The translations under genes were made by a program, and so were the position numbers. This document shows positions 58,265-64,000 of a stretch of 64,000 nt of DNA, piece by piece. A model generated the notes under the pieces. The model saw nothing but the letters and a program-made list of their open reading frames with translations. It searched no databases and was not told the DNA's origin. The stretch's first letter is position 1. Each line of letters opens with the position of its first letter. This stretch comes from Vulcanimicrobiota bacterium (GTDB taxonomy: Bacteria; Vulcanimicrobiota; Vulcanimicrobiia; Vulcanimicrobiales; Vulcanimicrobiaceae), in the NCBI GenBank assembly GCA_963833095.1, contig CAWHWQ010000005.1:544001-608000 (forward strand), written 5' to 3'.

Positions 58265-60046
58265 TTAGCCTTGTGCAATCTGTGGAGAAGACTTACGAAC
58301 CAGGTGAATCAGACCAGCCGCAGCGCTCGCGGCGACCAGCCCCCATATCACTCCTGGACCCGGCTTTCCATACACGAAGGAACCCGTGGAAAAGAGCACG
58401 CCGTAGATCGCGGCAAGGCCAAGCACCCAACATCCGAGCGCTTGGGCCGGTGAGTCAGGCGAGGGTGGCAAACCGGCCGCATCACGGACGCGACGCCAGC
58501 CAGGGCCGGCCGGGCGCACCTTAGCATAGAAGCCGGCCAAGGTCTGCGGATCGTCGGCTGGGGTAAGAAATGTGACCAGCAGCCAGACGGCGCTGGTGAC
58601 GAGCACGGTGACGAGCAACACCGTGGTGCTACTCGCCCCATGGCCGAATTTCCCGGCAACAAAGAATCCAAGCGAAACGACAAATGAGACGCACATTGCG
58701 CTGATCTCACTCCAGGCGTTGATACGCCACCAGAACCAACGCAGCAGATAGATCAGCCCTGTCCCGGCACCGATCGAGATCAACAGCTGGAACGCATCTT
58801 TTGCGGTGTCGAGCAGAAAGGTGACGCCGACACCAACGACCATGAGTAGCACCGTGACAAGACGGCCAACGAAGACGTAGTGATGTTCGTCGGCGTCGCG
58901 GCGAATGATACGCCGGTAGAAATCGTGCACGAGATAGGACGTACCCCAGTTGAGGTGCGTTTCGATCGTCGAGCGGTACGCTGCAAACATGCCCGCAACC
59001 ATGAAGCCGGCAAACCCGGCCGGCAGAAAGACCAGCATCGCGGGGTACGCGATGTCGTTGCCCAGCAACGCCGGCGAGACATACGGGAAGCGCGCGTGGA
59101 TGTCGCCGAGCGTGGGGTAGACGATCGTCGAAGCGAGCGCGACGACGATCCAGGGCCACGGACGCAGCGCATAATGCATCGCCTGGAACATGAACGTGCC
59201 AAACAGCGCGTCGTTCTCGCTGCGCGCTGCCAACATGCGCTGCGCGACGTAGCTGCCACCGCCGGGTTCTGAGCCGGGATACCACGCGGACCACCATTGC
59301 ACGGTAAGCGGAATAACGAAGATCCCAAGCGCGGTCGGCCAATCGCTAAAGTCCGGAAGAATCGAAAGAAGGTGCGGATGCGCAGCTGCGACGCGCGCGA
59401 CCATCGCATGAAGTCCGCCGACGCCCGGCGCGTGCACCGCGTAGTAGGCGGCAGCAAACGCGGCGGTTATCGTGATGCAGAACTGGATCGTGTCGGTCAC
59501 CATTACGCCCCATAGGCCGGCCGCCGCGGCAAAAATGATCGGCACGATCGCGCAGAACAACAGCGTTTCCCAGCGTGGCCAGCCGAACAAGACATTCGCG
59601 ATCTTGACCGCCGCGAGGTTGACGCTTGCAATGATGAAGCAGTTGAAAAATAGCCCCAAATAGAGCGCGCGAACCCAGCGTACGGTCGTTGCGGCTTTTC
59701 CCGAGTAGCGCAGCTCGTAGAATTCCAAGTCGGTCAGCACGCCGCTGCGCCGCCAAAGGCGCGCATAAAAAAACACGGTCGCCATGCCGGTGAGGAGAAA
59801 CGACCACCAGACCCAATTCTCCGCGACGCCGCCGTCGCGGACGAGATTGGTCACGAGATTCGGCGTGTCGGTAGAAAACGTGGTCGCGACCAGCGAGATG
59901 CCGATGAGCCACCACGGCGCATTACGCCCAGCAGCGAAAAACTCGGTCGTGTTTTTGCCCGCGCGCCGCGCCAGTACAATCGCCGGAATAAACGTGATCC
60001 CCAGCGAGACAACGACGATCCACCAGTCGAGCGCGGTAAGATGCAC
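58265..60046 (-). CDS. Sodium:solute symporter family protein
   Basis: FFAAGR..PWW, QRMLAA, AA..ST; many TMs. Confidence 0.9.
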   Translation of the reverse strand: MHLTALDWWIVVVSLGITFIPAIVLARRAGKNTTEFFAAGRNAPWWLIGISLVATTFSTDTPNLVTNLVRDGGVAENWVWWSFLLTGMATVFFYARLWRRSGVLTDLEFYELRYSGKAATTVRWVRALYLGLFFNCFIIASVNLAAVKIANVLFGWPRWETLLFCAIVPIIFAAAAGLWGVMVTDTIQFCITITAAFAAAYYAVHAPGVGGLHAMVARVAAAHPHLLSILPDFSDWPTALGIFVIPLTVQWWSAWYPGSEPGGGSYVAQRMLAARSENDALFGTFMFQAMHYALRPWPWIVVALASTIVYPTLGDIHARFPYVSPALLGNDIAYPAMLVFLPAGFAGFMVAGMFAAYRSTIETHLNWGTSYLVHDFYRRIIRRDADEHHYVFVGRLVTVLLMVVGVGVTFLLDTAKDAFQLLISIGAGTGLIYLLRWFWWRINAWSEISAMCVSFVVSLGFFVAGKFGHGASSTTVLLVTVLVTSAVWLLVTFLTPADDPQTLAGFYAKVRPAGPGWRRVRDAAGLPPSPDSPAQALGCWVLGLAAIYGVLFSTGSFVYGKPGPGVIWGLVAASAAAGLIHLVRKSSPQIAQG

Positions 60047-60049
60047 GCG

Positions 60050-60701
60050 TTAGTCGGGAAGCAACGCGAACGTGACGGTGCGATCCGCCTCGCGATGATT
60101 GGTCCAGAAGCGGCTCCCGTCCCACGCAAGACCACGCGCGCGAAACGGCACGCTTGCGATGTCCTGCGCGCTGCCATTGCGCAGATCGAGCCGCGAGAGA
60201 TAGTACTCCTCGGTGTCCTCGTCGTCGGTCCCGAGCAGACATCGCCATATCCTCGATCACTGCGACGCCGCAGATCTCATGTGGCGCTTTCCACTCGGTA
60301 GCGATGGTGCCGTCGTCGTTAAGAAGCAGCAAACGCTTGTTGTACCATTGCCCCAGCAACACGCGCCCACCGTAGAGCGCGAGGTGCGAGCCGGTATCCT
60401 CGGGGCACTCGATCACGATGTCGTCGAAGCCGTCGCCCGGAATATAACGGTGCACACGGCGGTCGTCGTCGTCGCCTTCGCCGCACGTCATCACGACGGC
60501 GCCGCCGCCGTAGTTCATTCCCCAAGGCATGCCCGGCGTTTCGATTTCCCCCGTCTTGCGCCACCCGTCGCGGTCCATCACATCGATCCGCCGGGTCGCC
60601 CGCGAAGCGATCCAAACCTCTTTGCCCCGAAGCACGGCCACCGAGTGCGGCTCCGGCGAGGCGGAGACGAAGCGGTCGATTTCGACGATCGGCTTGAGCA
60701 T
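60050..60701 (-). pseudogene. Beta-propeller-like hypothetical protein with +1 frameshift near 60239
   Basis: Protein-like sequence continues in another frame (LLGTDDEDTEEYY...GLAWDGSRFW...LPD*). Confidence 0.7.
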
Positions 60702-60739
60702 GAAGGCGCAGGTTCTCGGCTCGACAAACAAGCTCCGCC

Positions 60740-61054
60740 ATGCGCGTACGAATTTACGAACAGCGCACCGGAGCGCTGCTAGCCGACGCGAGCGGCGATC
60801 ACGTCGCTAAAGTCGAGGGTAATTGGTACATCGATGCCGCCGCGGTGAGCAAGAAATTGCAGATGTCATCGCACGACTACACTTGCCCCTATAAAGGCAA
60901 ATGTTACTACGCGGATTTCGTCGACGGCCCCATACGCGCGATCGACGTTGCCTGGGTCTATGGCGACACGAAGCCGGGCTGGGACCACATCAAGGGGAAA
61001 TACGGCTTCTACGCGGGCGAGATGCGCAATACGCGCGACGAAGTTACGCCCTAG
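60740..61054 (+). CDS. DUF427-like protein
   Basis: EGNWY, CPYKG.CYY, VAWVY, IKG...FY. Confidence 0.75.
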   Translation: MRVRIYEQRTGALLADASGDHVAKVEGNWYIDAAAVSKKLQMSSHDYTCPYKGKCYYADFVDGPIRAIDVAWVYGDTKPGWDHIKGKYGFYAGEMRNTRDEVTP

Positions 61055-61061
61055 CGCGCCG

Positions 61062-61556
61062 TTATAGACACGATCCCGCGCGATCGAAGTAGGCATGGAG
61101 CGGCCCGGAGAGCAGCGCGATCAGCGACGCCTGAATCTGCTCGACGTGCTCGGGTGACATGTCTGCGAGCACGCGGCGCTCGGTCGCGCGCACGGCATCG
61201 CCGGCATGCTGTAAGAGCGCTGCGCCGGCAGCGGTGATCTCCACGATGCGCGCCCGCCGGTCATCGGGATCGGCCTTGCGAAGCACAAAGGCGCGTCGCT
61301 CCAAATCGTCGATCGTCGCGACGAGCGTCGTTTTGTCCAGCCCGACGTTTTGCGCGATCTCGAGCTGCGAGCGGGCGGCCCCGCCGGCCACGGTCGCCAA
61401 GACCGCAAAGGTCCGCAGACTCAGACCAAGAGGAGCGAGCGCCTCGTTGTGAGCCGCCGTGAAGGCGTGGGCGATCCGGGCCACCGGCCAACCCAGCCCC
61501 TCGCGCAGCACGGCAGGGACCCTGCTACAGGCGCCCGCCTCGTGACTGAGTTCCAT
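61062..61556 (-). CDS. MarR-family transcriptional regulator
   Basis: SQLEIA, ID.LE, R..DP.DRRA..V.IT..G. Confidence 0.9.
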   Translation of the reverse strand: MELSHEAGACSRVPAVLREGLGWPVARIAHAFTAAHNEALAPLGLSLRTFAVLATVAGGAARSQLEIAQNVGLDKTTLVATIDDLERRAFVLRKADPDDRRARIVEITAAGAALLQHAGDAVRATERRVLADMSPEHVEQIQASLIALLSGPLHAYFDRAGSCL

Positions 61557-61576
61557 GACGCAATCATACCACACTC

Positions 61577-61600
61577 AGATAATCCGATTATCAATTATCT
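61577..61600. promoter_or_regulatory. Putative MarR operator
   Basis: gataatc-c-gattatc palindrome plus agataat...attatct between divergent marR and nitroreductase, abutting TTGACA. Confidence 0.6.
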
Positions 61601-61634
61601 TGACAAGGATGGTCCGCCGGCCTACCATGAAGGA

Positions 61635-62243
61635 ATGACGGCAACTTTTAATAAGTCAAACCGCGCTCTCGACGAGCGCGCCTTGAACACGATTTTCCAC
61701 GATGCCCGCACCGCGAACGGTTTTCTACCTGAGCCGGTCCCGGCCGAGCTTCTCGAGCGTATCGTCGAGTCGGCGAAAATGGCGCCGACGGCGATGAACT
61801 CGCTTCCGCTGCGTGTGGTATTCGTTACCACGCCCGAAGGCCGCGAACGGCTGCGGCCGCTGCTCTCGCCCGGCAACGTGGCGAAGGTCGAGTCAGCGCC
61901 GGTAACGGCGATCCTCGCGCGCGATCTGAACTTCCACCAAGCGCTTCCGCGCCTGTTCCCGCACGCACCGCAACAATATTATGACATGGCACGCGACAAC
62001 GCGGAGCCTGCGTCGCTGCAAAACGCGACACTGCAAGCGGGATACTTTATCCTCGCGGCGCGGTCGCACGGCCTCGATGCGGGGCCGATGGGCGGCTTTG
62101 ACAACGCGGGCGTCGATAAGGAATTCTTCGCCGACGGTACGCGCAAGTCGATTCTGCTCGTTGCGCTCGGCTACGGCGATGACAGCAAACTCTTCCCACG
62201 CAATCCGCGCCTCGAGTTCAGCGAAATCGCGTCGTTCGTCTAA
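61635..62243 (+). CDS. Nitroreductase (RutE/YcdI-like malonic semialdehyde reductase)
   Basis: ART.NGF, PT..NS.P.R, LQAGY.ILAAR..GLD.GPMGGFD, PR.PRL. Confidence 0.88.
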   Translation: MTATFNKSNRALDERALNTIFHDARTANGFLPEPVPAELLERIVESAKMAPTAMNSLPLRVVFVTTPEGRERLRPLLSPGNVAKVESAPVTAILARDLNFHQALPRLFPHAPQQYYDMARDNAEPASLQNATLQAGYFILAARSHGLDAGPMGGFDNAGVDKEFFADGTRKSILLVALGYGDDSKLFPRNPRLEFSEIASFV

Positions 62244-62365
62244 GGCGCTTTGAGATCGAGGGCCGCTAGGTAGGTCGCGTCTTGGAAGACATCCGGCGGC
62301 CGTAACGGCCCAAATCCCCACCCTGCGCTACTTTGGTACGCAAGGTGAGGATCGTAGCCCTAGGC

Positions 62366-62929
62366 CTACGGTTCCGGGGAAGCGGGTGGACCTGCGCCCG
62401 CCGGCGGCGGCACGTAAATGTGCGCGCGCTCCCGTGGAAGATTCGGATTGCGAACGATAGTACCGTCTGCAAACTTCACGCGCAACGCGATACAGCGCGG
62501 CAGCCCGGTTTGGAGCGGAAAGACGTTCGGACTTAAACCGTACTGATGCTTGATCTCGGCACCAGGTGAAAAGGTGCCGACATCTCTCGCTTCGGCGACT
62601 AGCCGCCCGTTGGCCACCAATCCCCATTCGACTGTCGTCATAACTTTGTGCGTGACGTTGGTGAAGTCGATATTGAGCGTTGGGTTTGCGCTAGTCACCG
62701 GTGGTTGATAGAACCCGTAGCCGTAGGCGTCACCCCAATAGAACGGCCGCGCCGGATAAAATCCCGGAGCAAACCCCGTATAAGGATAGGACGTAGTAAG
62801 ATTCGCCCTCGGGTCGCAACGGCTCACCTTAAACATTTTGGTCGTAAACGGTATCGTCGCCATGGTTGTCTGGCCCAACGCCGGCGCATTGAGCGCAAGA
62901 ACGGCAGCGGCCATCAAGAAAAATCGCAT
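62366..62929 (-). CDS. Secreted hypothetical protein
   Basis: Signal peptide, Y/P/G-rich segment, D.GTFSPG. Confidence 0.7.
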   Translation of the reverse strand: MRFFLMAAAVLALNAPALGQTTMATIPFTTKMFKVSRCDPRANLTTSYPYTGFAPGFYPARPFYWGDAYGYGFYQPPVTSANPTLNIDFTNVTHKVMTTVEWGLVANGRLVAEARDVGTFSPGAEIKHQYGLSPNVFPLQTGLPRCIALRVKFADGTIVRNPNLPRERAHIYVPPPAGAGPPASPEP

Positions 62930-63040
62930 GCAAAGTCCCCCATTTGGTCAGATTATCACACCTTTGCCACCGGCAGGCTGTCCCGAAGGCGCAAGCCCCC
63001 CTAGATACGGTTCTCGGACGGCGCAGAGGAGGACGCTGAT

Positions 63041-64000
63041 ATGCTCTCGCTTTCCTTTTGCGCCGGCATGCTCGGGATTGAAGGCTACGTGGTGCGCGTG
63101 GAGGCTGACAGTTCAGCCGGGTCGCCCGCGTTTACCATTATCGGCCTGCCCGATCGCGCGCTCGGCGAGGCGCGTGACCGCGTTCGCACGGCCATTTTCA
63201 ATTCGGGATTCGCCTATCCGGCGGGACGTCTTCTGGTCAATCTTTCGCCGGCCGACGTTCGCAAGGAGGGACCGGCATTCGACCTCGCGATCGCACTCGC
63301 ACTGCTCGCTATCGACGAACAAATCGATCGCCTCGCGCTGCAAAACGTCATCGCACTGGGCGAACTCGCACTCGACGGCACGCTGCGCCCGGTTAGCGGC
63401 ATCTTGCCGATGGTGATCGGCGCGCGAAATGCCGGCTTTTCGAAATTGATCGTGCCGGCGCGCAACGCGGACGAAGCCGCGCTTGTCGACGGCATCGAAC
63501 TCTATGCCGTTGATTCACTGCAGAACGCGGTTTCCGTGATCCTCGGCAATGGCGGCGTGTGGCGCCGCCGCACGCAAGCGCCGATTCTCGACCCTTCGGA
63601 CACGCTGGTACACGGCGACCTCGCCGACGTTCGCGGGCAACTCGCGGCGAAAAGAGCGCTAGAAATCGCTGCGGCCGGTGGACACAATTTGCTTTTCGTC
63701 GGGCCACCCGGGTGCGGCAAAACGATGCTGGCGCGACGGTTGCCGTCAATTCTTCCGCCGATGACGCTGCGCGAGGCGCTCGACGTCACCAAGATCTACA
63801 GCGTTGCCGGATTGCTCGCGAATCATGCCGGCGTCGTGAGTGCGCGGCCGTTTCGATTCCCGCATCACACGATCAGCCAGGCCGCGCTGGTCGGCGGCGG
63901 TCCGCTGGCGAAACCCGGCGAAATCAGTCTCGCGCACCACGGCGTGCTCTTTTTCGACGAACTTCCCGAATTTGGGCGCGGTGCGATCGAGGTGATGCGC
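63041..64000 (+). CDS. comM: YifB/ComM Mg-chelatase-like AAA ATPase (partial)
   Basis: Manual translation: IIGLPD..., [46 protein letters not shown]. Confidence 0.93.
   Translation, partial: MLSLSFCAGMLGIEGYVVRVEADSSAGSPAFTIIGLPDRALGEARDRVRTAIFNSGFAYPAGRLLVNLSPADVRKEGPAFDLAIALALLAIDEQIDRLALQNVIALGELALDGTLRPVSGILPMVIGARNAGFSKLIVPARNADEAALVDGIELYAVDSLQNAVSVILGNGGVWRRRTQAPILDPSDTLVHGDLADVRGQLAAKRALEIAAAGGHNLLFVGPPGCGKTMLARRLPSILPPMTLREALDVTKIYSVAGLLANHAGVVSARPFRFPHHTISQAALVGGGPLAKPGEISLAHHGVLFFDELPEFGRGAIEVMR

Noticed and set aside
62250..62360. ncRNA between nitroreductase and the convergent gene
   Set aside because: Hairpins are present but explainable as terminator structures; no SRP, 6S or tRNA signature
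1..64000. CRISPR array, tRNA, rRNA, tmRNA, transposase or integrase
   Set aside because: No regularly spaced direct repeats, tRNA T-loop/acceptor patterns or DDE/tyrosine recombinase motifs seen by eye

Overview
GC-rich, densely coding bacterial chromosomal window (gene content and style suggest a Terrabacteria soil lineage such as Ca. Eremiobacterota/Vulcanimicrobiota; this is inference only). It is mostly housekeeping: bioA-bioF-bioD, pdxST, ispE, ubiX, a DNA-repair neighbourhood (RecB-family nuclease plus UvrD-like helicase, dinB, nfo, scpAB, NUDIX, HhH-GPD), a sulfonate-type ABC transporter, speD and speE-thioesterase-gcvTH-gcvPA-gcvPB, sufB, rplU-prp, trmD-rplS-lepB x3-ylqF-rnhB-yraN, a Ser/Thr kinase, an APC transporter with USP, a ribose-type ABC transporter, an SSS symporter, marR/nitroreductase and the start of comM. 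I found no CRISPR array, transposase, rRNA or tRNA. The strongest unannotated signal is a complete attenuator upstream of the sulfonate ABC operon: promoter, leaderless Met/Cys-rich 27-aa leader ORF (MCHMC), antiterminator and terminator. Also notable are a family of highly structured intergenic elements with strand-biased wobble pairs (6.6, 14.5, 28.6 kb), a long structured speD leader, a small-ORF/RNA islet at 35.5-36.4 kb, a minimal split AddAB/AdnAB-like pair, and several apparently leaderless genes.
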